From assembly GCA_000004985.1 (NCBI GenBank), contig GG738924.1: a stretch of DNA of 64,000 bases; one strand, given 5' to 3'. The stretch is from Naegleria gruberi. Lineage: Eukaryota. This document shows positions 36,755-49,232 of the stretch, in pieces. The translations under genes were made by a program, and so were the position numbers. The notes beneath the pieces were generated by a model that saw only the letters and a program-made list of their open reading frames with translations, did not search any database and was not told the DNA's origin. How positions within the stretch are numbered: position 1 is the first letter of the stretch; each line of letters begins with the position of its first letter.

Positions 36755-39700
36755 TTATTCTTTATTTTCTCGCAAAGTCCAAATTTTCTTGGATTTACTG
36801 AATCTTGCAATCTTTTGTAAAAGTTCTTTAAAGTAAATGACATCATCTCCTGTAATATAACTAAAATGCTTTCTTACTTCATCAGTTGTGGCTTTTCCAC
36901 GTTTTTGGAAAAAGGAAACAATGTTATCCACCATTTTGTTTGAACTTTTGTAAACTGGTTTGAGTTCATCAGCCAAATCATTTACATTATTTACAGATCT
37001 AGGTTGATCGCTCATAATATCTTGTTTCTTTCTAATGTTTGCCAAAAGTACAGACGATGCTAATCCACCTTTTGGATTGGTACCACTACTACTTCCCAAA
37101 GCAGATACCCTGAGCCCTCCTAATCCATTTTGTCCTGTGAAAGTTGGTACAGATAAAGGCATGCTTTTTCTTAATTCTCCTGATTTTTTTAATTCCTTAA
37201 CAGCAATTTCAGCTATTTGTTTTGCTTGTTTTTCCAAAATTGATGTTTCAGAACTGGTAGTATTCACAACAGAGTCATGATTGAAAATACTTTTAACAGA
37301 CTTTTCGTCAAATAAGCATTGCAAAATATAAGTCTCATCCTTTTTTGAGTCATCTTCTGAGCCCTTGAATTTTTCTACACGATATTCCACATCTTTCTTC
37401 TTCTTCTTAATTGTTGGCATGTCTTGCCTTAAAATTTCACTATTCGAGAACAAATTACCAGTCTCTGTATTCTCTTCATCATCGTCATAAGGAATAGATT
37501 TGTTGCCATTCTTTCTTCTCACAGAGTCATATTCTTTACCAAGAGTAAATAACTCATAAAGATCATTGGACTTGAAAAATCTCTTTTGTCTAGGATCCTT
37601 GAGAACCTTATTCGAAAGAAATTGTTTGAAAATTTGTCTATGATACATCTTCTCTTCAATAGTACCACTTGTCATCAATCTGTAAACAGTAACTTGTTTA
37701 GTTTGACCCAATCTCCATGCTCTTTCGAGAGCTTGAAGATCTGTGGATGGATTCCAGTCAGGATCGAATAAAATAATTCTATTTGCACCAATTAAATTCA
37801 CACCCAATCCTCCTACCTTTGTTGTTAGTAAAAACACAAAGATTTTGTCATCACTATTGAATTGATTAATCAGTACGCTTCTCTCCTTTACAGGAGTGTC
37901 GCCATCCATTCTAGAATAGGTATAGTCTCGTTCTTGTAAAAATGGTTCAAATACATCTAACATTTTCTTACTTTGAGAAAAGAGTAATACTCTATGATTT
38001 TGTTCCTTCCAAAGACTCAATAGCTTTTCTACAACCATCATTTTACCTGACTTTTCTACTGCACCAAAATCATCAGGTTTCTTCTCAGTACATATCAAAT
38101 CAGGATGATTACAAACTTTTCTGAGATTAGTAATGGCTTTGAAAAGTAAATGTTCTCCATCAAGGGTTCCAGTAACTTCTCTACTCTTCAAATATTCATC
38201 ATATATCTTAACTTGTTTGTCTGTCAATTTACAAAAAATTACATTTTCCTTCTTTTCAGGTAATTGATGCTTTACATCTTTCTTCATTCTTCTTAAAAGA
38301 TATGGCTTGATTAAATCTCTCAGTACACATGAACATTTGTAAGCTGTTTGTACTTGAAATTTGGTTGCATTCGAATAACCACCCTGTGTGATAGGAATTG
38401 AAAATTGGGTGAGAAATACTGGAAGAGTTCCGAGCTTTCCAGGATAACAAAAATCAAATAGTGACCAAAGCTCTTTCAAATTGTTTTGAATTGGTGTACC
38501 TGTCAAAATAATTCTGTGTGGTGTTTCAAATCTTTTACATGCTAATGTTAAGGCAGCATCAGGATTTCTAATCTTGTGACCCTCGTCCAAGATAATATAT
38601 CCCCACTTTTTAGAAGTAAGCACGTCTTGATAAATTCTTAAAGATTCATATGTTGTGATAAGAACACCATTAGGGCAGCTGGAAACCTTCTCTATGAGTG
38701 ACTCGAAATTGGCTTTAGTTCCTTGAGATGTGTGCATAATCACAACTCTAAGCTCTGGCCACCATGTATTAATTTCTTCTTGCCATTGCTTCATTACAGT
38801 TGCAGGTGCAATAATGATAGAAGGTTCGAATAATCCACTAAAGTGAAGTCCAGCAAGGAAAGTGGTAATTTGTACAGTCTTTCCCAATCCCTATAACATG
38901 TTATAAGGATTGAACCAATAAAACTACTTACCATTTCATCTCCCAGTATTCCTCCAACTCCTTGTCTATTCAATTCGCACATCCACTTAAGAGTAGTCTT
39001 TTGATATCCAAATAACTTGTCATAAATCTCTTTAGGGATTGAGTAAGATCCTGCAATTTGTATACTTGGTCCATAATTCACTTTAGTAACTTCCATTTCT
39101 TCGCCTTCATCACTGATTATAAACCTTTTAGTCACTTCTCTTGTTTCATAAAATTCCTCCAATCTCTTTTTATAGTATTCATCATTCGAATCGTCCTCTT
39201 TAAATTCCTTTTTCATTGGTACTTTTTCTTCCTCTTCTTCCTCTTCTTCCTCGTCATCCTCTTGATTTTCCTCATCATCTACATAATCTTCATCATCTTC
39301 GTCCTCCTTCTTGATTTTCTTTGGTTTTTTATTCTTATCTTGTTCTGGAGCCTTTCGTTTACCTGGTTTAGGCAATTGAAAATATCATTGGCTTCATTAG
39401 AAGGCATATTATCAAACGGAGTAATGATACCTGTTCTAATTAATCTTTCTCTTTCCGATTCATTATTATCATTATCAATTACATTTAATGATTCTCTAAT
39501 TTCTCTTCTATCTTCCAATTCTTCGATCATTTCGTCTTTCTTATCCAAGAGAGTTGCAATTTTCTTCTTCAAACTCTTTATTTTCTTTTCATCACTACTC
39601 GAAAGTGATGATCGTTTATTCAACTCTTTTAATTCCTTTTCATACTTTTCGATTTTTGCATTTAATTTATCAATTCTGCTGTGTTCCTTTTTTTCTAATA

Positions 39701-39929
39701 CTTTTTGATTTTCTTCAATTTGTTTATTCACTTCATCCATAACATTCTTTTCAATGTCTTCGGTTCTGAAGGCAGACACTCCCAACATTGATAAATCGTC
39801 TTCGGATGGTCCAACCGACCGAAGTGATGTATTTTCATGTTGTTCTTGTTGTTCGTGTTCATTTGTTGTTGAATTTCTTCCTGAAGATGATGATGAAGAG
39901 GAAGCTACAGCAGAACGACTGCGCAGCAT
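36755..39929 (-). CDS. ERCC6: CSB/ERCC6 (Rad26)-type SNF2-family DNA-dependent ATPase, 3-4 exons (39929..39363, about 39318..38932, 38890..36755)
   Basis: N-terminal coiled coil plus the [10 protein letters not shown] leucine-latch motif. Acidic DEYYKKRL region, GGILGDEM|GLGKT Walker A restored by a 41-nt intron 38931..38891 (GTAAGT...TTATAG). DEGH, helicase-C and SNF2 motifs follow. A further short intron (GTAAAC...AG, about 44-53 nt, starting 39362) or a -1 frameshift connects the first two track ORFs. The track ORF 39279..39929 that ends in TAG is the out-of-frame continuation. Ends in TAA. Confidence 0.85.
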
Positions 39930-40138
39930 TTTTTTTCTTGGTTTTGGCGTACTTGAACATTTTTATTTTTGGGTTACAAAATACACTTCGAATTTTCGCT
40001 GGAACTCAAAGAAAATTTGCAGTAATCGGTGGTTTCACACTTTAAAAAAAAACGAGTTCTCATTCCAACAAGTAACACCCACGCAGTTGTTGTAGTTTGG
40101 AAGAGGAACTTTGAGATTTTTGCAAAAAAAAACAAAAG

Positions 40139-40174
40139 TGGAGTCATAGGGAATCGAACCCTAGACCTTCTGCA

Positions 40175-40205
<31 letters not shown>

Positions 40206-40211
40206 AACCCC
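40139..40211 (-). tRNA. tRNA-Ala(UGC): tRNA-Ala (anticodon UGC), 73 nt, no encoded CCA, Pol III T-tract (TTTT) immediately 3'
   Basis: Reverse complement GGGGTTATAGCTCAGTTGGTAGAGCGTCTGCTTTGCATGCAGAAGGTCTAGGGTTCGATTCCCTATGACTCCA. 7-bp acceptor stem with G3:U70, D-stem GCTC/GAGC, anticodon loop TTTGCAT, T-loop TTCGATT, discriminator A. Confidence 0.92.
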
Positions 40212-40336
40212 TTCTTGACTCTTTCTTAAAAATCGCCATAAGTTAATATCATATCATTTTTACAAAACTTTTTTTTTTGTTTATTTATTAAATAAACCAG
40301 AAATAACACATTGTACTATTGAATTGAAATTTAGAT

Positions 40337-41763
40337 TTATAATTTGGAAATGATGGATTCTATCTTTTGATTAAATTGTGGTCTATCATTCTTTTGATCA
40401 AAACGAATAAGATGGGAGACAAATTCTGGTTCCTTGGCCAACTCTTCAGCAGATAATTGCTCACACAATTGACTCTTGTGGACTGGGAAAATGATTGATT
40501 GTTCTTGGAGTGGTGTGAATTTCATACCCTTAATAATTTTACAATTGAGAATAAGCTTGAATACTGAGTCTGTTCTCATTACCATACGAGCATTCTTTTC
40601 ATCATCCTTTCTTACGTTTAATCTCAATGAACCAACACCTCTTTGTTGCCATGATGACTTTCCATCAACTACAACAGTTCTATACAACTTGGCAAGTTTG
40701 AATTCTCCCACAACAATTTCTCCCTCTTCTCCAGACTTGATTTCAACAGCAGGAAGATCAATAATTTTGTGACTAGTGGCTCTTGATGGCGATTCTGGAA
40801 TGGATGGATCTTCGGAACCGTCTTCTTCTCCATCTTCACTTTCCTTTGGCTTGTATTCTTGATTGGTCCAAGTTGGTGGTTTGCTACTAATTTCAAATTT
40901 GAATTGGCTTTCACCTGTTGAACCTCCGAATGGACTAGAGAAGGATGAAAATCCACCAAATGAGAATTTACCTGATTCACTTGATGCTGTTGAAGAGCCA
41001 TTATTAAAATTAAAGTTGAAAAGTGGTTTCTTTTCTTCTTCCTTCTTTTCTTCAACCTTTGGTTCAGGTTTCTTTTCCTCTTCCTTCTTTTCTTGTGGAA
41101 CGACTGCTGCTGTTGGTGTAATTGTGACAGGCTTTGTTTCAACAACAGGAGTTGTGACAGCTGCTGGAGTTGGGAATGTAACTGGAGTAGTTTGCTTTGG
41201 TTGATTGAAAGAGAATGCAAATCCACCGGTTGAAGGAGCTGATGACTTTTCTTGTAATTGTTTCTTCAATGTCTCAGTTTGGTTTTCCAAGTCTTTAACT
41301 CTCTTTTCCAATTCCTTGATAATATTATCCTTAGGATCAGTGGTAGCTGCTGGTTGATTTCCAAAAACAAATCCTCCTGTTGTTGTTGGTGCTGATGTAG
41401 TGTTACCGAATGTCCAAGCCATTTTAGGTGGTTCGGATGTTGTTGAAGACAATCCAGATGCATTTGTTTGTGGAAGAACAAAATTGAATCCTCCTGTGGC
41501 AGGTGTTGATGTAGTTGGTTGTTGTGGATTCTTCTTCTTGGCAACAATTTTTCTGTGTTTTTATGATTGTTCAATTAAATTGTTGTAGATTAAAGATGTA
41601 ATTATGTTGTTATCCACATCAATACATTAGATTGCAATAAGTTTGAATGTAAATAATCCTATGTGATGAACACTTACTTCCTTGACTTGATTTCATCTTC
41701 ACTAGCCTTTTCAAAAGAACCGGCTTCAACAACTTCTTCCTCTCTATTAATGTTATTGTTCAT
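40337..41763 (-). CDS. FG-repeat nucleoporin with a C-terminal Ran-binding domain (Nup50/Nup2-like), 2 exons (41763..41678, 41551..40337)
   Basis: Exon 1 encodes MNNNINREEEVVEAGSFEKASEDEIKSR. Intron 41677..41552 (GTAAGT...AACACAG, 126 nt). Exon 2 has FxFG/FG repeats (GGFNFV, GGFVFG, GGFAFSF, FSFGGF) and a KKEEEKK charged linker. RanBD: EEGEIVVGEFKLAKLYR...WQQRGVGSLRLN...ARMVMRTD. The antisense and alternative-frame ORFs here are artifacts. Ends in TAA. Confidence 0.7.
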
Positions 41764-42179
41764 TGTATGATGATGAATTATTGTTGTTGTTATACAAAAA
41801 AAGATATTGTTGATGTTTTAATTTCATTATACATTCATCCGTACATGTTAAATACAAAAGATTAGCAACAATTTAATAGAATTGGTATTGAAACTCTACC
41901 TATCAAGGTCGTTTTCAGTGATTTGATATTCGTTGCTTCTCTTGGACATTTTTTTTGCTTCAATTTGTTTTCTCTTGTGGTTTTTCTTGTTGTGTTCAAT
42001 ATCTAAAGGAAATTCCTCGGATGGGAATTTTATTGCAAACCTCCATAAGCTGAAAGAAGAAGCAAGAAAAAGGTTAGTTTCACTTTTCATTCATCATCAT
42101 TTCATAATTAATAATATTATCAAACTGAACAGATTGTGAACAGGATTTGAAAAATAATAAAAAAATAAATATTTAAAAA

Positions 42180-42743
42180 ATGAGTAAACTTGCAAAGGTC
42201 GGAGAACAGTCATTCAACAAGATAGACAAGATCAACTCTGAATTACTTGCCATGACTTATGGCTCTCTTGTAACACAAATGTTGAAGGATTTTGAAGATG
42301 TTGCTGCTGTGAATACACAATTGGAAAAGATGGGATACAAGATGGGTATGAGACTCATCGATGAGTTCATGTCAAAGAGTGGTTTAGGATCGGGTGCATG
42401 TCGGGAGTTTAAAGACACTGCGGAATCTATTGCTAAAGTTGCTTTTAAAATGTTTTTAGGAGTGAATGCCAATATCACCAATTGGTCAAAGGATCAATCA
42501 GAATATAGTCTTGTCTTTGATGAAAATCCATTGAACGATTTTGTGGAATTACCAGAAAATATCAAACAAAAACGATTGTATTATTCTAATATTATTTGTG
42601 GAGTTATCAGAGGTGCTTTGGAAATGGTTTTGATGCGTGTTGATTGTGAATTTAGAAAATGTCCATTGTTAGGTGATGATCAATCTGAAATTCGTGTGAG
42701 ATTGAAGGAATATTTACGTGAAACTGTTCCAGCAGAAGATTAA
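42180..42743 (+). CDS. TRAPPC3: TRAPP complex subunit Bet3 (TRAPPC3), 187 aa
   Basis: Collinear match: LAMTYGSLVTQMLKDFED...NTQLEKMGYKMGMRLIDEF...AKVAFKMFLG...NWS...NPLNDFVELP...CGVIRGALEMV. Ends in TAA. Confidence 0.85.
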   Translation: MSKLAKVGEQSFNKIDKINSELLAMTYGSLVTQMLKDFEDVAAVNTQLEKMGYKMGMRLIDEFMSKSGLGSGACREFKDTAESIAKVAFKMFLGVNANITNWSKDQSEYSLVFDENPLNDFVELPENIKQKRLYYSNIICGVIRGALEMVLMRVDCEFRKCPLLGDDQSEIRVRLKEYLRETVPAED

Positions 42744-43116
42744 TAACAACAACAACAACATGATCAATAGATTTGTGTGGACACGTATTTTGTAATTTAT
42801 ATTATTTAATTGTAAATTTTAATAACATTGAAGCTTTAACGAATTGATAATGCAGGATTATTTATATCATCATCATCATCTTTGTTTCATCAATATTCAT
42901 TTTCTAATTGACTATAGTATTCATTCATCTTTTCATATATCCCATTCAAAGGAAAGGCTAAATGCTTGGGATTTAATAGTTCCTCCTCTCTTCAACATGT
43001 TGTATTTATCAATAATTGAAACAAGCCTTTGATTTCACTGCTCTGAGGAAATTCTCACTCGACCTTATCAATTTTTACTACAGAAAAAAAACATCAAACG
43101 AGACTTCCACCACCGA

Positions 43117-44853
43117 TTGAATTCATTCAACATGTTCTTCAAAGGAAAGGCTACTTTTTGTCCTACAATGTATTGGATGGTATGTGGGGAGGTAGAGCTG
43201 AGAGGAGACTCAAGTCAACCATCATCTTCTGAGGATGTTTCTTCCATCTTGTTTTCTAATAGTGATCGTCAACAACCTGTAGATTCTTCCTCCTTTAATA
43301 TCACCTCTAAGGCTTCCTCTCATGAAGGTCACATTAGTATTGGATCATCTTCATCAGAAACTTTGAGAAGAAAGGGTGATCATCATAATAGCCTTGTCAA
43401 ATCTATCAAGGATCGTTTGGTAGGCTTGGATCATTCAAGAAAGGCCTCATCCTCAATTCGATCATCATCATCATCAGAGAAAGATTATCAGCAACAACAA
43501 ATGGCAAGGATGGGCTATCTTGTGGAGAATAGTGAAAGGCAGAGAGGTGTTCTCATAGTTTGTAATCTCTTTGAAGAAAGCCTTTCGAATGGTTGTACAG
43601 AATTAGAGGTTTCTTGGGTTACAAAACGATGTCAAATTCAACCTGGTCAAATTCTCTATGCACCAAAGGTAAAAGCCTACAAGCAGGATACGGTTGATGA
43701 AGATTCAATTCAATTCTTTATTGTTGCTCGATATGTCAAGTTGGTTTCTCAAAAGTCTGCCATCTACCAATTCTTTGAACCTAACAGTAAGAAGATGTTA
43801 TTGGAACCGAGTGAGTTCATTCAACAGGAAAAAAATCAAAAGAAGAGATTATTCACAGATGCTTCCACTCAAATATCGTGTGATAAGGAAAATGAGGTTC
43901 CTACAAGAATCGAGGAACCATTTCAACAATTGTTGAAGAAGACTAAGAGGTTGAATTCTACTCCTGCCACCACTATTTCTAAAACAGCATCTGCTCCTTC
44001 AGCTTCTTCAAATACAAAGAATTCTCCTAAAGATTCTGTTGCATCCACCTCTTTCTCTTCAAACACCAAGAACAAGAAGGAACAATGCAGACAAAGAATT
44101 AAGGCCATCAAGAAGAAAATCATGAAAAAGGTTGAAGAAACTCAATCCAAGATGGACTCGTCCATTCTACCAATGTCCACAACAATTGTCAAGACTGAAC
44201 AGTTAGAACAGAGAGCAGACTCTGTAATTTTTGATTCAGGTACACCTTCCTTCTTTAACAATGGATTTATTAGTGATATTGTTGTTATTTCTGATGATGA
44301 AGAGGAGGAATCACATGCCAAAGCACATGAAAGCTTGTCAACTATGCAAAGTATTACTCCTCTCATTTGTTCAGAAACACCAATCATTCCAAGCTCAAGA
44401 ACAATCCGTGTCAAGAGAGATTTGATTAGTGAGGAAGATAAGGAAATTAACCTATCATCAAATTCACCAATCACTCTCTCAATGCTCTACTCGACTGCAA
44501 ATCAAGTGAAAGAAATGTGTTCAATCCTTGACAAGTCACCCTTACTAGAAATCTCCCAAAAGGAAGAAAATGAAGCCATACTCACCAATGAGAATGCCCT
44601 CTTCACACAAGAACAACTCGCCCCACAAGTGGATGAAACATCCTCAAGCAGCAGAAGTGGAGTATCTTCAAGTCACAATTTGGAATTACAAAAGGAATAC
44701 CTTAAACCTTTGGCCAATAGAAGAACTGATTTTGAGAAGCAAGGTGAACCAAGCAATGAAGGTTCCAATAACACACTGGAGAAGGATGGAGTATCATCAC
44801 CAAACTTTAACAACTCAATTGTAAAGGAAGAGGAAAATGCAACCTCCCAATAA
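43117..44853 (+). CDS. Hypothetical Ser-rich protein (578 aa)
   Basis: Long ORF ending in TAA, S/T-rich, no recognisable domain. An upstream exon cannot be excluded. Confidence 0.4.
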   Translation: MNSFNMFFKGKATFCPTMYWMVCGEVELRGDSSQPSSSEDVSSILFSNSDRQQPVDSSSFNITSKASSHEGHISIGSSSSETLRRKGDHHNSLVKSIKDRLVGLDHSRKASSSIRSSSSSEKDYQQQQMARMGYLVENSERQRGVLIVCNLFEESLSNGCTELEVSWVTKRCQIQPGQILYAPKVKAYKQDTVDEDSIQFFIVARYVKLVSQKSAIYQFFEPNSKKMLLEPSEFIQQEKNQKKRLFTDASTQISCDKENEVPTRIEEPFQQLLKKTKRLNSTPATTISKTASAPSASSNTKNSPKDSVASTSFSSNTKNKKEQCRQRIKAIKKKIMKKVEETQSKMDSSILPMSTTIVKTEQLEQRADSVIFDSGTPSFFNNGFISDIVVISDDEEEESHAKAHESLSTMQSITPLICSETPIIPSSRTIRVKRDLISEEDKEINLSSNSPITLSMLYSTANQVKEMCSILDKSPLLEISQKEENEAILTNENALFTQEQLAPQVDETSSSSRSGVSSSHNLELQKEYLKPLANRRTDFEKQGEPSNEGSNNTLEKDGVSSPNFNNSIVKEEENATSQ

Positions 44854-45261
44854 AAAACCTCCTCACACTTCTCCTAATAAGTTTCTCCAAGATGATGAAT
44901 AGCTTTACAGTGACCACTAATTTCTGAGTTGAAGTTAATGAGGGGAAAGTTGAGCCCTTTCAGAAATCAAGTCAAACAGTATAAGGGTGGTCAAGGTTGA
45001 ATTCATATTTAATAACGGTTACTTGTTTGTTGCAAGCGAAAAAAGACATCATCTATTTTAAAAAAATAGCCAACAACCGCTGCTGTTCGAAGCTTTGAGG
45101 GTCGCTTGTTGTTTTTATTAAGGCATCATCACAGGTGACCATACCATCATCATTACATTATTGATTATCGTTTAAATCTGCTTCTTTTCTAGTTGTAAAA
45201 TAATAAGCAAGAACATTAGTGTACATACCATCTATAATTTAAAATCTTCATAAGAACCAAA

Positions 45262-48200
45262 ATGAAAAAGATATCAACCTTTTTAAAGAGGAAGGAAAGT
45301 GAACATAGATCAAAGCATGCCAGCAATAGCAGCTCTGGGAGTTCTCCAATCTCTCCGAATCATCAAGGCTTTGTGATGGTTGAACATGAAGACGCCATTC
45401 TAATTTCTAAAAACAGCAGCACAACAAGTTCAACAGCTGTGGAATGGAATGAAAAGCTTGAAGAGGATTTCAAGCAATACTTGGACAAAACCTTCAAGAA
45501 TCAAACTGAAACAATAGAAAAGTTGATGGCCCTTCCACCAAAGAAAAAGATGGAAATTCTCAAATTGAAGCAATCTCAGATCAGTTCTCAGAACAATATC
45601 TTACTTCACTTGGAAACAACAATGAATAACATCAAACATCCGCTCTCCACCTTGACACTACATACGCAACTGAAGGAATTGAGAGTTGTCTTGTCAAACT
45701 ATGCCGAAGCAGAAGAAGCATTCATCAATAGAGGTGGTGTTGATTTCACCATGAAATCTCTTTCCAATAATCTCGGTAATCTGAATGGAGCTGCAGACGA
45801 GAATAACAAACTCTTGTTTGCTGAAATTACCATCTCTATTATTATGATCTTGACTCAAATTTGCAAAAACAATGAAGGATTGGAAAAGTTTTTAGAATAT
45901 CCAAATAGTATTGAAGAAATCTCCAAGGCTCTCTTACTGGAACATGAAGATAAGGGTCAGAGGAACTCGATATATTTCCTATTGTCATCATTGTGTTTTT
46001 GTAGGGATGGTACCTACGTTCCACAAGTTTATGAATCTGTTAAGAATTTGTCAAAAATTAGAGGTGAAGAACAATTCTTAACTGTTGTGCAGCATTTGAG
46101 AGAGGCCAACAGTTTAAAGAGCAGATACATCATTCTGGCCTTTATCAATATTTTGATGAGGCAAGCTCCTGTTCAATTCAGAAGAGAGCTAAAGCAACGA
46201 TTTATCAGCGCAGGTGTTTATACTGAGGTTAAAAAACTGGAAAAGATTAAAGTGGAAAATAAGGATACAGAGGATGCCCTCAAGCTAAGCAACCAAATAG
46301 AAATTTTCAACAAGATTATTTCTGGAGATTTAGAAGAAGATATTTTTGATGATTTGAGAGAAATTGTCGAAGAATTAGAAAATTCTAATGTTCCTCTAGC
46401 TGAGGGAATTAAGGCAGTTTCTGAAAAGATGTTGGAGAAATGTAATCAAACTTCGTAAGTTTTAAACAGTTTCAACATCATTAATTATTTATTCAACAAC
46501 AGATCAAGTTTGGAATGGGTCAATGATATCAAAATAATTTTGGAGGGAAGTGAATCTGTAAACTTGTTAAAAGATAGAAATCTCTCACTTCAAAAACAAG
46601 TGGATACCATTACAAAAGATAATGCACAATTAAAAGATCAAATGGAAAAGCTAAAAGTCAGAATTGAAGCTTTGGAGAAGGCACCACCAACAGTTATTGT
46701 GAAAAAGGTTGCAGTTGTAAGACAAGTTGGAGAATTGAAATCGTCTGGTTCCGGTAGTAATCTTGCAGGTTTAGTGGAATCCAATTCACCGACAACATCA
46801 CCTCCTAATATTTTTCCAGATGATACAGTTCCCTCTTGTAACAGCTCTGTTCCACCACCTCCTCAAGCTAGCTCTGTAGTGCCTCCACCTCCAGGAATGG
46901 GAGGTGTTGTTCCTCCACCACCAATTGGTTCAAGCTCAGTTCCTTTGCCTCCCATGACCATCAGTAGCTCTGTTCCTCCTCCACCTGTGGGGTTCAATAG
47001 TTCTGTTCCACCTTCGTCATCTATTCCTTTACCACCAGTAATGGGAACTGTTCCACCAAATTCTGCCATTCCTTTGCCACCAGGAATGAATAGCTCTGTT
47101 CCAATGCCTCCAGGTATTCCTGTACCACCAGGAATAGAAATGCCAGTGGTAGGAAGTACTGTTCCTCCTCCTCCAGGTTTTGGTGGCGTTCCTCCTTCTG
47201 GGTCTGTTGTTCCTCCACCTCCAGTTGGAATGACTAGCTCAGTACCATTACCTCCAGGAATGGGAGTATTGTTCCTCCACCGCCTTTCTCAAATGTACCA
47301 ATGCCTCCTGGTTTTGGAGGTGTTCCACCTCCTCCTGGAATGAATGGTACTGTTCCAGTTCCTCCACTAGGAGTGGGAATGCCACCCCCACCAATGTTTG
47401 GATTTGTACAAACACCACCTGTTATTGCAAGTGCTCCAAAACTTCCAGACATACCTAAGAAGAAGGCTTCTGTGCCCACTAAGGACGTAAGACTCAACAA
47501 ACTAGATAATAACAAACTTCAAAAGTCTGTTTGGATGAAGAAGAACATTCATGCCAAGTTATTCGATATTGATATTCCAGAAAAAGAATTAGAAGATATG
47601 TTCGCTCAAATTTCTAAATCCCCTAGTGTAGGTTTAACTCCAGAAAAGTCAGAAAAACCAAAGGATACAACAATAAGTTTATTGGAAGGACCTAGATTGC
47701 AAAACGTTTCCATCTTTATGAAATATCTCAAGATGCCTTCAACTCAGTTGGTTGAAAAGATAATGACCATCTCTGATGATTTTAATGAGGAATCAATTGG
47801 AAAATTGTTGAATCAAGTTCCTAATGAAGATGAAATTCAAAGACAAAATGATTTTGATGGAGATGAAGCCACATTGAATGAAGCCGATAAGTTTATCAGA
47901 GCCATGATGAAGGTTCCGAGACTTGCTTCCAGATTGAAATGTTGGAATTTCAAGTTGAAATATGTTGAAACAAAGGCTTGTATCAACCCAGACTTGGAAA
48001 CCATCATTTCAACATGTGCTAGTTTGGTAGAATCTGAAAAACTTCAAGAATTGTTTGCTGTCATTTTGGCTTTCAGTAATTACCTTAGCAGGACTGGTAT
48101 CCATGGATTCAAATTGAACTCTCTCCAAAAATTAAAAGAAACAAAAGGTAATGCTAAGAACATTACGCTCCTTGATATGATTGTCAAGCATATTACAAGT

Positions 48201-49103
48201 GCAAAACCAGATATTCTCAAAGTTAAAGAAGATTTGAACATGTTGGAAAGGGCTGCCAGAGTTGAAATGCAAACATTAGCAGACAAGATTGACAGTATGG
48301 AAAAGTCTATTGCTCTTCTGAAAACAGAGATTCAATACTATAGTAAAAATCCACAGCCAAACGATAGATTCTTGGAAGTTTTTGGATCCTTCCTGAATGA
48401 ATGTGAGGATGAAATGAAACTTATTAAGGAAAAGCAACAAAATATGGATAATCAAATTTCAGGGGTTGCTGAATTCTTGGGTGAAGACCCAAACACTGTA
48501 AAGAAGGAACCAAAGGAAATGTTTTTAATGTTAAATTCATTCATTACTGACTTGTACAAATCAGTAGATAATTTGAAAAAGGAAGAAGAAAAGAGAAAGA
48601 AGGAAGAAAGCAAGCTTGCTAAGGAGAAAGACAATCGTCCATCATCCCCTGTAGTTACAGTTGGTGGATTGAAGGCATTTAATTCATTCAGAACACCATC
48701 TAAAGTTCCTCTCATTGCTGAAAATGCAGATGTTTCTGTAACACCAAGCAGTCCTGTAACTCCAATTATTATTTCCTTACCAGATAGTGAACCAAGTGTG
48801 GAAATCACTTCTCCAAGTACACCAATTCAAGAGAAGCAAAATGAGCCAACTATCGAATTAACCAAGAATGGACATGATTTGCTTTCACCTTCGATGCAAA
48901 TGGGTAATTCTTTCGAAGAAAATAGTCCATCAAGACGTAGTGGTCACATTAGAAATCCTTCCATTCTCATGTCTCTTGAAAAGTCCCTATATGAAGGTTC
49001 TGCCTTATTGTCCCCATCTACAAAGACAAGAAAGAGAGGTGGAGGAATGATGACAGGTTTAGATATGAATGAATTGAGTGCTGCATTAAATAAAAAAAAG
49101 TAA
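45262..49103 (+). CDS. Diaphanous-related formin (GBD/FH3 - coiled coil - FH1 - FH2), at least 2 exons (45262..46454, 46503..49103), with an apparent 1-nt frameshift inside FH1 near 47265
   Basis: Armadillo-like GBD/FH3 in exon 1. A 48-nt intron 46455..46502 (GTAAGT...CAACAACAG) lies at the TCG|GTAAGT junction. Exon 2 has a coiled coil, then about 15 tandem (S)SVPPPPGM proline repeats (FH1, 46850..47420). The FH2 (ORF 47301..49103) is then in the next frame. Ends in TAA. Confidence 0.8.
46850..47420 (+). repeat. Coding tandem repeat (formin FH1 polyproline units)
   Basis: About 15 imperfect 27-36-nt units encoding (S)SVPPPP(G)(M/I/F). The short reverse-strand ORFs here (46863.., 47021.., 47234..) are artifacts. 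Confidence 0.7.
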
Positions 49104-49232
49104 TCTTCAATTTGCTAGTAAAGGTATTTTGTATGTTTCTTGTTTCTTATTGGACATTTCCAAAACGAACCCTTCAAAGACTTGAACTCAGAGGCGCGAA
49201 AGAAAACGTGTTTTGATTTTTATCTTAAAAAA

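Noticed and set aside
39058-39708. 216-aa Phe/Leu/Ile-rich plus-strand ORF, and 39754..40095
   Set aside because: They are antisense to the acidic/coiled-coil N-terminal exon of the CSB gene. They are compositional artifacts of GAA/GAG/AAG repeats.
39279-39929. ORF terminating in TAG, seemingly a TAG-terminated gene
   Set aside because: It is the CSB exon-1 frame running on past the true splice or frameshift point through Lys-rich sequence. The real protein switches to the frame encoding KRKAPEQDK...DEYYKKRL, which is conserved in CSB.
40669-41226. Alternative-frame and antisense ORFs over the nucleoporin gene (40669..41226, 40863..41204, 41266..41574)
   Set aside because: Low-complexity FG/charged-repeat DNA is open in several frames. 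Only the frame with FxFG repeats plus the Ran-binding domain has homology.
46850-47420. CRISPR-like or satellite tandem array
   Set aside because: The repeats are in-frame proline codons of a formin FH1 domain inside a eukaryotic gene. They are not spacer-repeat architecture.
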